Notes: a model not told the origin generated them from the letters alone. Shown: positions 9,033-18,934, counted from the first letter of the stretch. The stretch: DNA of 64,000 nt from Gemmatimonadaceae bacterium (GCA_045803545.1 JBJMOW010000005.1:32001-96000); one strand, 5' to 3'. Made by a program: numbers and translations.

Positions 9033-9179
9033 ACTACAGGGGATAAAATGTGGAGAAAGCCAAATTCTCCACGAAGGCTCAGTTAAGGGTACTCCCCACT
9101 GCCGGTTGAACGATGGACTTCAGAAAGTGCTTGAGCTGAGCCGTTAGCGACAGTTGGATGACCAAGTCGCGACAGACTG

Positions 9180-10007
9180 TCAGTCGATATCGCGCAACCA
9201 CCCTTCAAAAACGATTCGACCCTCGCCGCGGAGTGACGGAAACCAGGCCTCCTTTTCGCGCCGCAGCGTGACAGTCAGCGGCAATGAAGATCGCGTCCAA
9301 AGGGTCGTCTCCTTCCCCGACTCGCCCCAGTCAGAAAGCATGATCGCGGTCGCAACCGCGCCGGTTCCACAGGCTAGGGTCTCGCCCTCGACGCCGCGTT
9401 CGAAAGTCCGGTAGCTGAAGCCGCCGCCGCGACCTTTGGCGACAAAATTCACGTTCGCTCCATCGCGGAGTGCGGGATGATGCCGGAGCTCAGCGCCGCG
9501 CCCATTGATGTCGATGGTTTCGAGATCCGGCACTTCCACGACCACGTGAGGGACTCCGGCGACTGCATAGCCGAGGCGGGCCTCACCGGTTTTCCGACCG
9601 AGGTCCCCGGCGTCCGGCCGCACCTCGGTTACTGGCTCGAGGTCGACTTCCGGCAGGCCATCGCGGAGCCGAGCTCTTAGAGAGCCTGCTGCGGTATGAA
9701 GGAGAAAACCGGTGGCGGGAGCCATTCCGAGCTCGACCGCGAGACGGGTGCTGCACAGGCTGGCGTTCCCACACAGCGCGGCCTCGGAGCCGTCCGCGTT
9801 ATAGTAGCGCATCCGTACCTCGCCAGAATCGACCGCTTCGACGAAGACGACTCCGTCGGCCCCGACACCTGTCCCGCGGGCCGACAAAGTCTGGATCGTC
9901 GCGGCGTTCTCGACGTCGCGAGCCTGCCCATTCGTCGAGTCGAACACGACGAAGTCATTGCCCGACCCAGTCATTTTGTAAAACGCCCGACCGTCGCCGC
10001 GCGCCAT
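9180..10007 (-). CDS. dapF: Diaminopimelate epimerase
   Basis: FYKMTGSGNDF, GVGADG, NADGSEAALCGN, ERGVEGETLACGTG; ATG 10007 coupled to upstream stop. Confidence 0.95.
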   Translation of the reverse strand: MARGDGRAFYKMTGSGNDFVVFDSTNGQARDVENAATIQTLSARGTGVGADGVVFVEAVDSGEVRMRYYNADGSEAALCGNASLCSTRLAVELGMAPATGFLLHTAAGSLRARLRDGLPEVDLEPVTEVRPDAGDLGRKTGEARLGYAVAGVPHVVVEVPDLETIDINGRGAELRHHPALRDGANVNFVAKGRGGGFSYRTFERGVEGETLACGTGAVATAIMLSDWGESGKETTLWTRSSLPLTVTLRREKEAWFPSLRGEGRIVFEGWLRDID

Positions 10008-10729
10008 CAGATCCTCCCGGTAAGGCCCCACCAGCGCAGGCGCCAGACCATCCAGATCGCCTCCCTCACTACCTTCTTCGACATTTTGCTCACGCCTTCA
10101 GTGCGATCGACGAAGATGATCGGAATCTCGACCAGGCGAAAGCCGCGCTTCCATGCCCTAAAGGACATTTCGATTTGGAACGCGTAACCGTTGGAGCGAA
10201 CTGCGCTTAGGTCAATCGATTCAAGTACGTTCCTTCGAAAGCACTTGAAGCCTGCAGTAGTGTCGAAGAGCGGGAGTCCGGTGACTCCACGGGCGTAAAG
10301 ATTCGCGCAATAGCTGAGAAAAAGCCGGCTCATTGGCCAGTTCACGACGCTGACACGCCCATTTTGGTAGCGCGACCCGTGCACGACGTCGCCGTCCTTG
10401 ATCGCCTCGAGCAGGTCGGGGAGCTTATCAGGACTGTGTGAAAAGTCGGCGTCCATCTCGAAGATGAGGTCGTACTTTCTGGCCAGTGCCCAGCGGAAGC
10501 CGGCGATGTAGGCGGTGCCGAGGCCAAGCTTCGACTCGCGGTGGATAACATGGACGCGGCCGTTGTTGGCGGCGATGGCGTCTACGACGGCACCCGTTCC
10601 GTCAGGCGAGCCGTCGTCCACGATCAGGATCTCGAAGCACGGGTCCTGTGCGAGGATCGCCGGAATGATCCGGGCGACGTTGAACCGTTCGTTGTAGGTC
10701 GGAACGATTACGAGGGCGCGATCAGCCAA
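10007..10729 (-). CDS. Polyprenol monophosphomannose synthase-like GT2 (Ppm1/Dpm1)
   Basis: VPTYNE, VDDGSPDGT, KLGLGTAY, EMDADFSH, GYAFQIE, FVDR..GVSKM motifs; TTG start 10729. Confidence 0.9.
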   Translation of the reverse strand: MADRALVIVPTYNERFNVARIIPAILAQDPCFEILIVDDGSPDGTGAVVDAIAANNGRVHVIHRESKLGLGTAYIAGFRWALARKYDLIFEMDADFSHSPDKLPDLLEAIKDGDVVHGSRYQNGRVSVVNWPMSRLFLSYCANLYARGVTGLPLFDTTAGFKCFRRNVLESIDLSAVRSNGYAFQIEMSFRAWKRGFRLVEIPIIFVDRTEGVSKMSKKVVREAIWMVWRLRWWGLTGRI

Positions 10730-13142
10730 GGCGTCTCCGATCGCGCCAGGTCCCCCCTGCCAGAATGAAAATGCCGAGTAGAATTGCGACCCACGTGACC
10801 ACCTTGCCTCGCTCGTACGCCGGGCTCGTGAAACGAAGCGATACAGATCGAGCGCCTTGCGGCAGCTTGACGCCAATCATCGAATAATCCACGCGTCCGA
10901 TGTTGGCGGCCTTGCCGTCAATCGTTCCAAGCCAGCCGGGATAGTAGTTCTCGGACACGACCAGTGAAGATCCGGCCGGCGCAGGCGCGCTGAGGTCGAT
11001 GTCAACCTTGCCAGGCGCATAAGATCGAACCCTCGCACTGACTGACGACGCCGCTGGTAGTGCCTGGACGTTTTGCGCGGCAGCGACGCGTGCAGAAGTG
11101 TCGAACAACGCGGCGCGCGCAACGTCAAAGCGCGGATTTAACACAGTCCCCAGAACCTGGTCGTCGGGCGCTTTCACCGCGATTGGGGCCAGCCACGCGT
11201 AAGGGTGCGGGTTGTTGAATCGAAACAGGAATGTCGTATCCCCGGAAGCGTTGACGACCGGCCCCAGCACCCGCGTAAGATTGCCGATAAAAGGAATCTC
11301 TGGAATGTTAGTCAGCAGGTACTGGGTGTTTGTAACCGCCAGTACGTTGGGAGACAACGCCTGCTGCGGATCCGGATAGCCCGTAAGGGTGTTATAGCGG
11401 CCGAGCTGGTTGCCGTGATAGCCCCACACCGTGCGTATCTTTTGCGACATCAATCCATCGCCGCTGAGAAAGACGTCGCGGCCAGGTACGTCGCGCACTT
11501 GTAGGGCTAGTACCCGAGACGGCTGCGAATCCGACTGAAGCGCCGTCGTAATGGCGTCCCCCGCGTAGATCACTTTTGCCGGAGGCGAGAACATCCAATA
11601 GAGGCGCTCGATACTCCACAAGTCGATGGCGGTCACGATGACCAGAGCCCATGCCGCACTCCGCACCGTAAGCTTCCCTCGCGTGTAGCCCAACCAGAGA
11701 GCATCGATCACGGCGACGAACAGCAGCGAGCGCCAAGCCCCGATGAACAGGTCGCGCCCATTGTCCTGCACGCGGTCTACCAGCTGGGGATGCGCAAACG
11801 ATACAGCCACTGTCGAGAGCGCGCCGACCGAAGCGAGCACGGCAATCGAACCGCCGAAGATCAACCAGCCGAGCAAATATCTTTGCGATACGCGCTTCTC
11901 GAGGAACCGTTCGACGCCAGCCGCAACAAGGACGGAAATCGCGAGCGTGCCGACAAACCAGATTGTCGCCGGCGCCCTAAAAAACTTGGTGCCGGGGACA
12001 ATCGCATAGGGGATGTGGTAGAACGGAGTCGCACTACCCAATGACCAGAGCAAGGCGATCACCAGAGCGCCCAACCAGAAATAGATATGCTTTTTTCGTG
12101 GATCCGTTCGGAGACCGATGAATGCCGCGCTGGCCAGCATCAGCACGACTACGCCGATGTAGTCACTGTGCAGGTGAATGCCGTTGATGCCGAAGTACTT
12201 GTTGAGCATTCCTGAGAACTGAGGCAGATAGGCGTTTAACAGCTCGCCTGGCGGCCACGCATAACTGGTGGCGGCGTCGTAATCGCCCAGACCACCCGCA
12301 CGCGGCGACCATTTGACGTACTCACGCACGGGCAAGTACTGCACTGCTCCGATCGCCAGGCCAACAATCACGGCGACCAGAGCCAATCCGAGACGCCTGA
12401 TCGCGACGCTTCCCGGAAGCTTGATTCCGTCGAGCGTCGCAAAGGCCAGAAACAATGCGTAGGCGCCGGACGAGAGCAGCATGTACTGCAGGAGCTGCGG
12501 ATGCGGACTGAGAATGCTGAGTCCGACAATCAGCGCAAAGGCACCCCAGCTCCAGTTCTTTCCGTCTCGAATCCCGCGCTGCAGGAACAGAAGTCCGAGT
12601 GGATAGAGCGCGCTGACGAACAGTTTGCCGTCGTGTCCCGGCGAGACAGCGGATGCTATCTGCCCGCTCATCATGTAAGCGAGGCCCCCGATCAACGCGC
12701 TGTAAAACCCGTAACCGAGGGCACGCAGGAAAACGTAGGTGAAAAGTCCAGCGAGGAAAATGTGGATGATGAACCCCCACGTCATCGCGACGTCGGTTGG
12801 CATGAGCATCCGCAGCAGGAACGTCGGATAGAAAATGTCACCGTGCATCGCAGCGATGTACGGCATTCCGCCGAACAGGTAAGGTTCCCACAGCGGAAAA
12901 TGACCGGTCGCACGCAAGGTGCTGGCGGCGAACTCGCGGAAGGCATAGCCCGCGACGTACTGGTCGCTGTGTGGGTTGACGAGGAACTGCCCGCCAAGTG
13001 CGGGATAGCCGAGGATCAACACTGCCAGCAGATAAACCAGGGCGGCCCACGCCAACGCGAAACGCGGCGCTGGGGGCGCCGCGGTCTGTTCGATCGTGTT
13101 TGTTTGCTGCCGACCCTGAGACTTCTCTCGAGGTTGAGCCAT
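10722..13142 (-). CDS. YfhO-like polytopic membrane protein (putative GT-C glycosyltransferase)
   Basis: GHFPLWEPYLFGGMP, many TM segments, periplasmic domain and LVVSENYYPGW C-terminal motif; ATG 13142. Confidence 0.8.
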   Translation of the reverse strand: MAQPREKSQGRQQTNTIEQTAAPPAPRFALAWAALVYLLAVLILGYPALGGQFLVNPHSDQYVAGYAFREFAASTLRATGHFPLWEPYLFGGMPYIAAMHGDIFYPTFLLRMLMPTDVAMTWGFIIHIFLAGLFTYVFLRALGYGFYSALIGGLAYMMSGQIASAVSPGHDGKLFVSALYPLGLLFLQRGIRDGKNWSWGAFALIVGLSILSPHPQLLQYMLLSSGAYALFLAFATLDGIKLPGSVAIRRLGLALVAVIVGLAIGAVQYLPVREYVKWSPRAGGLGDYDAATSYAWPPGELLNAYLPQFSGMLNKYFGINGIHLHSDYIGVVVLMLASAAFIGLRTDPRKKHIYFWLGALVIALLWSLGSATPFYHIPYAIVPGTKFFRAPATIWFVGTLAISVLVAAGVERFLEKRVSQRYLLGWLIFGGSIAVLASVGALSTVAVSFAHPQLVDRVQDNGRDLFIGAWRSLLFVAVIDALWLGYTRGKLTVRSAAWALVIVTAIDLWSIERLYWMFSPPAKVIYAGDAITTALQSDSQPSRVLALQVRDVPGRDVFLSGDGLMSQKIRTVWGYHGNQLGRYNTLTGYPDPQQALSPNVLAVTNTQYLLTNIPEIPFIGNLTRVLGPVVNASGDTTFLFRFNNPHPYAWLAPIAVKAPDDQVLGTVLNPRFDVARAALFDTSARVAAAQNVQALPAASSVSARVRSYAPGKVDIDLSAPAPAGSSLVVSENYYPGWLGTIDGKAANIGRVDYSMIGVKLPQGARSVSLRFTSPAYERGKVVTWVAILLGIFILAGGTWRDRRRLG

Positions 13143-13147
13143 GCCTG

Positions 13148-14077
13148 TCAGTTCGGAAGTGATCTGCGTGTCGTGCCCGCGGCAATATACAACGCACTGG
13201 GCACTAACTCGACGACCGTCAGCCACAATCTGGCCGCCAGCGCGACGAACGCCGCATCCGCTTCGGTGGCGAGACCCAATTGCGTCATGAATGCGGCCAA
13301 CGTGAACTCCCGGACCCCCAGGCCGGCTGGCGCGATCGGCGAGATAAAGCCCAGAATGTATGCTGCGATGTAGACAGCGATGTACGACGCAGTCTCACCG
13401 TTGGCGCTTCCCAATACCGCCCGAACAAAAAACTGGAAGGCGACGCCGTAGAACAGCCACGAAACGCTGCTGGTGACGCTGGCAATCCAGATGCTCGTCG
13501 GCGGAATCGTTGGCGGACTCACTTCCCTGCCGATGAGTCCAGCGATCCACTTCACCAGCGGTGGCAGAAAACGCGGCGCCGTCACCAAAAGGACGACCAG
13601 CAACACGACCGTTAGTCCAACGAGTAGCGGCTGGCCAAGAAGTTTCGCACCGGTGACCAGGACGATCGCGGTTCCTGTCGCCAGACTTACCGTTTGCATG
13701 ATGACCGATGAACCGGCGGCCGCCATCCCCGACAAGCCGCGACGCCGCGCCATCACTCCCATCGCCGTCAGCGACCAAATGTTGCCCGGGACGTATTTGC
13801 CGAGATTCGATAAAAACCAGATCCGCGCCGCGTCGGTGAACGGTAGATGCGAATCCCAGGCAACCAGTACGCGGCGCCATCCTTCGATCAGCAGTACGTA
13901 GGATGCGAGAACGAGAACGGTGGCCGCTGAAATCCACGACCATTGAAAATGGAGGTGGCTAAGCCGTGTTCCGACCTTGTCCCATTGACCGATGAGCGAG
14001 CGCGCCGCGAAAAACAAAACGGCCGCCGCGAAAACCCACTGGGCAATCCTGAAAAGGTTACGACGCGTTACCGCCAA
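13148..14077 (-). CDS. Lysylphosphatidylglycerol synthase TM-like (UPF0104) putative flippase
   Basis: SNLGKYVPG and PAGLGVRE motifs, about 8 TM segments; probable TTG start 14077. Confidence 0.8.
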   Translation of the reverse strand: MAVTRRNLFRIAQWVFAAAVLFFAARSLIGQWDKVGTRLSHLHFQWSWISAATVLVLASYVLLIEGWRRVLVAWDSHLPFTDAARIWFLSNLGKYVPGNIWSLTAMGVMARRRGLSGMAAAGSSVIMQTVSLATGTAIVLVTGAKLLGQPLLVGLTVVLLVVLLVTAPRFLPPLVKWIAGLIGREVSPPTIPPTSIWIASVTSSVSWLFYGVAFQFFVRAVLGSANGETASYIAVYIAAYILGFISPIAPAGLGVREFTLAAFMTQLGLATEADAAFVALAARLWLTVVELVPSALYIAAGTTRRSLPN

Positions 14078-15224
14078 GCACTTGCCGGTAAATCTCGGCG
14101 TACCGTCGCGCTGCCGATTCAGGCGCAAACGTCGAGAGTGCGTAAAGGCGGCCTGCCTTGCCCAGCTGTGCCCCGCGACCGTCCCGCGACAAGAGATCAT
14201 CGAGGGTCCTGGCGAGCGACGCGCGATCACCGGGAGGAACAAGTAGTCCCGTCTTCTCGTGCTGTATCACATCGCGGAGGCCGCCCGAGTCAAACGCGAC
14301 AACCGGGGCCTCGCAAAGGAGCGCTTCGACGGCAGTGAGCCCCAGGCCTTCTTCGACAGAGGGCACGACGACCGCTGCCGCCTGCCTGTACAGCTCAGGA
14401 AGCGCTGTTTGCGCCACCTGTCCATGCCATCGGACGCGAGACGTAAGTCCCAGATCGAGCGCCATTCGCACCAGATCCTCGCGGTCCGGACCGTCGCCAA
14501 CAATGTCGAGCGAAGCCGGTGTTTTCATTCCGGCAAGCGCGTGAAGCAGATGGTCGACGCCCTTCTGCTGATTCAGTCTGCCAACGAACAACAACCGTTG
14601 CCCATCACGCGAATCGCCAGGCTCAAACAGCTCCGTCGAAACCGGCATCGGCGCGACGACCGGTCGCACACCGGGAACGAGCGCCTGCGTTTCGTCCTTG
14701 AGCCAACGGGACACCGTCGTCACCGCCGCGGAGTGCTTGAGAACGTGCGAGAAAAGCGGCTTCGCCACACCCACCGAGCGCGCCAGTCGAACATCGGTGC
14801 CGTGCAGCGTGGTCACTAGTGGGACATGCGACAAACCGCGAACCCAGGTTCCTACGACGCCGCTTGGAAACCACCAGTGCGCGTGGAGGATATCCGGCTC
14901 GAAGCTTCGGCGCGCGCGCACGGCGTGTACGAAATCGGAGCCGAGGAATCCGACGAGCGCAAGCTTGGCGGTCCATGACGAAGCTACATCGTTTGCCATG
15001 TTGCCCGTGTAGGCGAGACTCTCGTAGCGGCGTGGTGCGTACCTGAATCGCTCGACGGGTACTCCCTCGAGTACTTCGGCTGTTGGTAATCCCGCTCCAG
15101 CCGGCGCAACCACACGAACGTTGATTCCCTCTTCACGCAGCGCCACGGCGAGCCGGAGGATGAATGAGCCCGCAGCGTCTCCCTCTTCCTGCGGGAAGGA
15201 GTGCGTCAGAAAAAGGACGTTCAT
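14058..15224 (-). CDS. Glycosyltransferase family 4
   Basis: HAHWWFP, TLHGTD, FVGRL..QKG, EGLGLTAVEA motifs; ATG 15224. Confidence 0.9.
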   Translation of the reverse strand: MNVLFLTHSFPQEEGDAAGSFILRLAVALREEGINVRVVAPAGAGLPTAEVLEGVPVERFRYAPRRYESLAYTGNMANDVASSWTAKLALVGFLGSDFVHAVRARRSFEPDILHAHWWFPSGVVGTWVRGLSHVPLVTTLHGTDVRLARSVGVAKPLFSHVLKHSAAVTTVSRWLKDETQALVPGVRPVVAPMPVSTELFEPGDSRDGQRLLFVGRLNQQKGVDHLLHALAGMKTPASLDIVGDGPDREDLVRMALDLGLTSRVRWHGQVAQTALPELYRQAAAVVVPSVEEGLGLTAVEALLCEAPVVAFDSGGLRDVIQHEKTGLLVPPGDRASLARTLDDLLSRDGRGAQLGKAGRLYALSTFAPESAARRYAEIYRQVLGGNAS

Positions 15225-15228
15225 TTTT

Positions 15229-16248
15229 TCAGCTGTCGGACGGTTCGCGTTCGCGCGACAGATCTTCAATGCGCGACCGCAACTGACTGAGCTCGGCGCG
15301 TTGAGCCGCGATCAGCTCGCCAAGCAAACCGGTAGCGAAAAACACGCTGCCGACGGTGACGCACGTCTCGACAAGATTGACCAGCGGCCGGAAGCCAACC
15401 CCGCCGATCACACGCCAAAGAATGGCGACGATACCCACTATCACACCGATGATGAACAGGACGGCGCCGAGGACACCGAATAGCAGCAGCGGCTTGCGGG
15501 CGAAGCGGAGCTCGAACCACACCGCGAGCATGTCCAGCACCCCGACCGGGATGCGACCAATGCCGAACTTCGATTGACCTGCGTTGCGGGGATAGAGAGG
15601 CACCGGAACCTCCGAGACCAGAAACCCACTGGCTGATGCCATCACGACCATGTAGCGATGCCAATCAGGACGATTGGGAAGCGCGTCCATCACTTCGCGT
15701 CGATATGCCTTCACGGAGTTGAGGTCGCGGACCCTCACGTGAAAGAGCGAGCGGCTAAGGCGGTTATAAATCCCGGAGACAAAAGCCTTCTCGTACTTCC
15801 CTTCCTTATAGCCGGCGACCATGTCGGATTCGCCGGCCAGAATCGGAGCGACGATTCGGGGAATGTCTTCGGGCTTGTACTGGAGGTCGGCGGGGTAGAA
15901 CACGAGCACCGATCCGCGCGAGTGCAGATAACCGGTGCGTAAGGCGTCGGCGATTCCGCGTCGCTGCGCGTGCCGAGCAGCGCGCAAAAACGGGAATTTC
16001 GCCGTCAGCTGCTGCAGCACGTTCCACGTGTCGTCGACCGATCCATCGTCGATGACGACGACCTCGTATCGGTGCGCAGCATTCTGAAATGCGGCCGCTG
16101 CCTGCTCCATGAAAAGAGGCAGATTCACGGCTTCGTCCTTGGCTGGGACGAGAACACTTACGTCGGGGCGACCAGCCACCGGCTGAAGCGATTGGCCGCT
16201 TGTGAATCGCTGCGCCCCCGCCGCTTCAGCCCGTGACGGCGACGTCAT
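15229..16248 (-). CDS. Glycosyltransferase family 2 with two C-terminal TM helices (ArnC/GtrB-like)
   Basis: VPAKDE, IDDGSVD, ADLQY.PEDIP, HRY motifs plus two hydrophobic C-terminal helices. Confidence 0.85.
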   Translation of the reverse strand: MTSPSRAEAAGAQRFTSGQSLQPVAGRPDVSVLVPAKDEAVNLPLFMEQAAAAFQNAAHRYEVVVIDDGSVDDTWNVLQQLTAKFPFLRAARHAQRRGIADALRTGYLHSRGSVLVFYPADLQYKPEDIPRIVAPILAGESDMVAGYKEGKYEKAFVSGIYNRLSRSLFHVRVRDLNSVKAYRREVMDALPNRPDWHRYMVVMASASGFLVSEVPVPLYPRNAGQSKFGIGRIPVGVLDMLAVWFELRFARKPLLLFGVLGAVLFIIGVIVGIVAILWRVIGGVGFRPLVNLVETCVTVGSVFFATGLLGELIAAQRAELSQLRSRIEDLSREREPSDS

Positions 16249-17711
16249 ACGCGCTTGCGCATCCTCGCCGACAAGACACCAAGCTGATCGCGATATTTGG
16301 CGACGGTACGCCGCGCGATCTGGACCCCGCTCTCGCGCAGAATGTTGACGATCGCCTGGTCGGTGAGCGGATGCCGTGGATCCTCTTCCTGCACCAGCTT
16401 CTGAAGCTGCGCTTTGATGCCGCGCGCCGAGACGTCCTCGCCGTCGGACGTGGCAAGACCGGAGGAAAAGAAAAACTTCAGCGGCAGCACGCCGCGCGGC
16501 GTCTGCACGAACTTCTCGTTGGTGACGCGACTAACCGTCGACTCGTGCATGTTGATCACTTCGGCGACTTCGCGCAGCGTCAACGGCTTGAGGTGTTGAA
16601 TTCCCTTCTCGAAGAACTCGCGTTGCCGTTCGACGATGTAGTTCATCACCTTGAGCATGGTCTGGCGGCGTTGCTCGATCGCCTGGATCATCCAGTTCGC
16701 CGAGTTGAGCTTGTTGGAGATGAACTCCTTGTTCTCACCGTCGAATTTCTTCTTGTCCCGGGCGATCTCCTGATAAGCGCGGCTCAGCTTGAGGCGCGGG
16801 AGATTGGCGTCGTTCAGGAAGACGTGATACTTGTCGTCGATCTTTTCGACGATCAGATCCGGAATGATGTAGTTGTCGTCACGAGAGCCGAACTGCAATC
16901 CCGGTTTGGGATCCAACTTTGCGATTTCGTCGGCCGCTTTCTGGACGTCGGTAGCGCTGATGCCGAAGCGCTTGGAGATCTCGCTCCAGCGGTGGTTGAT
17001 CAGCTCTTCAAAGCAATCGCGAACGAGCCGATAAGGAACTGACTGCTCGAGGCCCGATTCCTTGAGCTGAAGCAACAGGCACTCGCGAAGATCACGGGCG
17101 CCGACGCCCGGCGGATCAAGGCTCTGAATCGTCGTCAGCATCCGGTCGCCTTCCTCGCTGGTGTAGAGCGGAAGGTTGTCAATATCGCGACCCGCGCTTT
17201 CAGCGCTCTTGGTGACGACGTCGTTCAGAGTGACGATGATATCTTCAAGACTACAAGCGAGATAGCCGTCGTCGTTGACGTTACCTATGAACTCGTCGGC
17301 GAGCACGGTCTCGCGCGGAGTCAGCTCGAGCAGGCTCACCTGATCGCGCAGGTGATCGCTCAGGTCGCGCGACGCGACGGTGACCGGCTCGAAGTACTCC
17401 TTCTCTTCGTGTTCTTCGCGCCGACCGCCAGCGGTGTCGAAACCGTCGAGGAGAATCTCCTCCCAATCAATCTCTCCCGTCCGCTCGTCTTCAGCTTCGG
17501 TCTGGGTCTGTTCGACCTCCGTTTCCTGCTCTTCCTCTTCTTCCTCCTCGGCTTCGACCAGGTCGAGGAAAGGATTGTTCAACAGCTCCTGCTTGAGGTG
17601 CTGCTGAAGGTCGAGCAGCGGCATGTAGAGCAGATCCATCGCCTGGTAAAGGCGAGGATTGATCTTGAGCTCCTGCCGGAGCTGGGTGGATTGATTAAGT
17701 CCTGGCTTCAC
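16245..17711 (-). CDS. rpoN: RNA polymerase sigma-54 factor
   Basis: Gln/Leu-rich region I, DPPGVGARDLRECL, HESTVSR, RpoN box ARRTVAKYR. Confidence 0.97.
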   Translation of the reverse strand: MKPGLNQSTQLRQELKINPRLYQAMDLLYMPLLDLQQHLKQELLNNPFLDLVEAEEEEEEEQETEVEQTQTEAEDERTGEIDWEEILLDGFDTAGGRREEHEEKEYFEPVTVASRDLSDHLRDQVSLLELTPRETVLADEFIGNVNDDGYLACSLEDIIVTLNDVVTKSAESAGRDIDNLPLYTSEEGDRMLTTIQSLDPPGVGARDLRECLLLQLKESGLEQSVPYRLVRDCFEELINHRWSEISKRFGISATDVQKAADEIAKLDPKPGLQFGSRDDNYIIPDLIVEKIDDKYHVFLNDANLPRLKLSRAYQEIARDKKKFDGENKEFISNKLNSANWMIQAIEQRRQTMLKVMNYIVERQREFFEKGIQHLKPLTLREVAEVINMHESTVSRVTNEKFVQTPRGVLPLKFFFSSGLATSDGEDVSARGIKAQLQKLVQEEDPRHPLTDQAIVNILRESGVQIARRTVAKYRDQLGVLSARMRKRV

Positions 17712-18934
17712 GCGACTGCGCCGTCGGGTTTCTCGCGCGAGAAGCGCTCGCGGAGCCGGGCCGTGAGGGTCGGGCCAAGGTAGATATCTGCCACTTTGTC
17801 GTCAAAAACGAGATCGCGAACGGTGCCGGAAACGGTGACCTGCCCATCGTACATAATGTACGCGCGGTCCACGATGTCGAGGGTCTGCTCCACGTTGTGA
17901 TCGCTGATCAGGACACCAATTCCCCGATGCCGCAACCCGGCCACAATCGTTTGAATGTCGTGGACCGCAATCGGATCAACGCCCGCAAATGGCTCGTCAA
18001 GCATCATGAACTTGGGATCAGTCACGAGAGCTCTGGTGATCTCGAGTCTCCGCCGTTCCCCACCCGACAGCGCGTAAGCCTTGCTATGGCGAAGCCGCTT
18101 GATGCTGAGCTCATCGAGCAGCCGTTCCAGGCGCTCTGAGCGCTCGGCGGACGAGATCGGAAGTGTTTCCAGGATTGCAAGAATGTTGTCTTCGACCGAT
18201 AGCTTTCTGAAAATCGAAGGTTCCTGTGAAAGATAACCGATACCTCTTCGCGCCCGCTCATACATCGCCAGCTTTGTGATGTCCTGACCGTCCAGCACAA
18301 TTCTCCCGGTCAGCGGCTGGATGAGACCGACGATCATGTAGAAGGTCGTCGTTTTCCCAGCGCCATTGGGCCCGAGGAGCCCGACGATTTCACCCTGCTG
18401 CAGACTAAGCGCGACATCATTTACGACTTTTCGACCCCGGTAGATTTTGGTGAGCCCCGCCGCCTCCAGTTTGCTGCCACCAATGAGAGAAGGTCGCGGC
18501 GGAGTCGACAAGGAGAGTCGGGAATGCTCGCCCGTCTCCCGCATTGCCTCGGCGAACTCACTGCGATAAGGGGCAATGTCACGCCAGAGCTTAGGCGAAA
18601 ACCGGACCGTTGCGACATCGCGCTCCAAATCCCCATCGACAGGGAGAATGATCCCCCGCTCGGCGAGCCGCGGCAGGATGGAATTGGTGATGAAGCCGCG
18701 AACCTCGTCGTGACCGAGCCGGCCCGCCTCGCGCTCAGCATCGGAGCCTTTAGCGCGCAGGGCACGCAGGTAATCGTCGCGATAATTCGCGGCGATGTCG
18801 CGGACCTTGGCAACGCCTTCATCATCGGAGGCGCGGACGATGGCGTGGATTGCCAACCCGTCGACCTGCTGGTTCTGGGATGGACCGCCGATCAGCGAAC
18901 GGACGCTCTCCGGCAGTCGCTCGAAATCGCTCAT
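17708..18934 (-). CDS. lptB: LPS export ABC transporter ATPase LptB with ~150-aa N-terminal extension
   Basis: GLLGPNGAGKTTTFYM, LSGGERRRLEI, LDEPFAGVDP, DHNV; lptB-rpoN synteny; ATG 18934 overlaps the upstream stop (ATGA). Confidence 0.92.
   Translation of the reverse strand: MSDFERLPESVRSLIGGPSQNQQVDGLAIHAIVRASDDEGVAKVRDIAANYRDDYLRALRAKGSDAEREAGRLGHDEVRGFITNSILPRLAERGIILPVDGDLERDVATVRFSPKLWRDIAPYRSEFAEAMRETGEHSRLSLSTPPRPSLIGGSKLEAAGLTKIYRGRKVVNDVALSLQQGEIVGLLGPNGAGKTTTFYMIVGLIQPLTGRIVLDGQDITKLAMYERARRGIGYLSQEPSIFRKLSVEDNILAILETLPISSAERSERLERLLDELSIKRLRHSKAYALSGGERRRLEITRALVTDPKFMMLDEPFAGVDPIAVHDIQTIVAGLRHRGIGVLISDHNVEQTLDIVDRAYIMYDGQVTVSGTVRDLVFDDKVADIYLGPTLTARLRERFSREKPDGAVA

Noticed and set aside
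8980..9130. AT-rich gap with DnaA-like boxes as oriC
   Set aside because: Genes and KOPS-like motifs converge here rather than diverge, a dif-like site is present, boxes are few and degenerate, and no dnaA/dnaN is nearby
9154..9414. Small + strand ORF next to dif
   Set aside because: Almost wholly antisense to dapF, TTG start, no SD or motif
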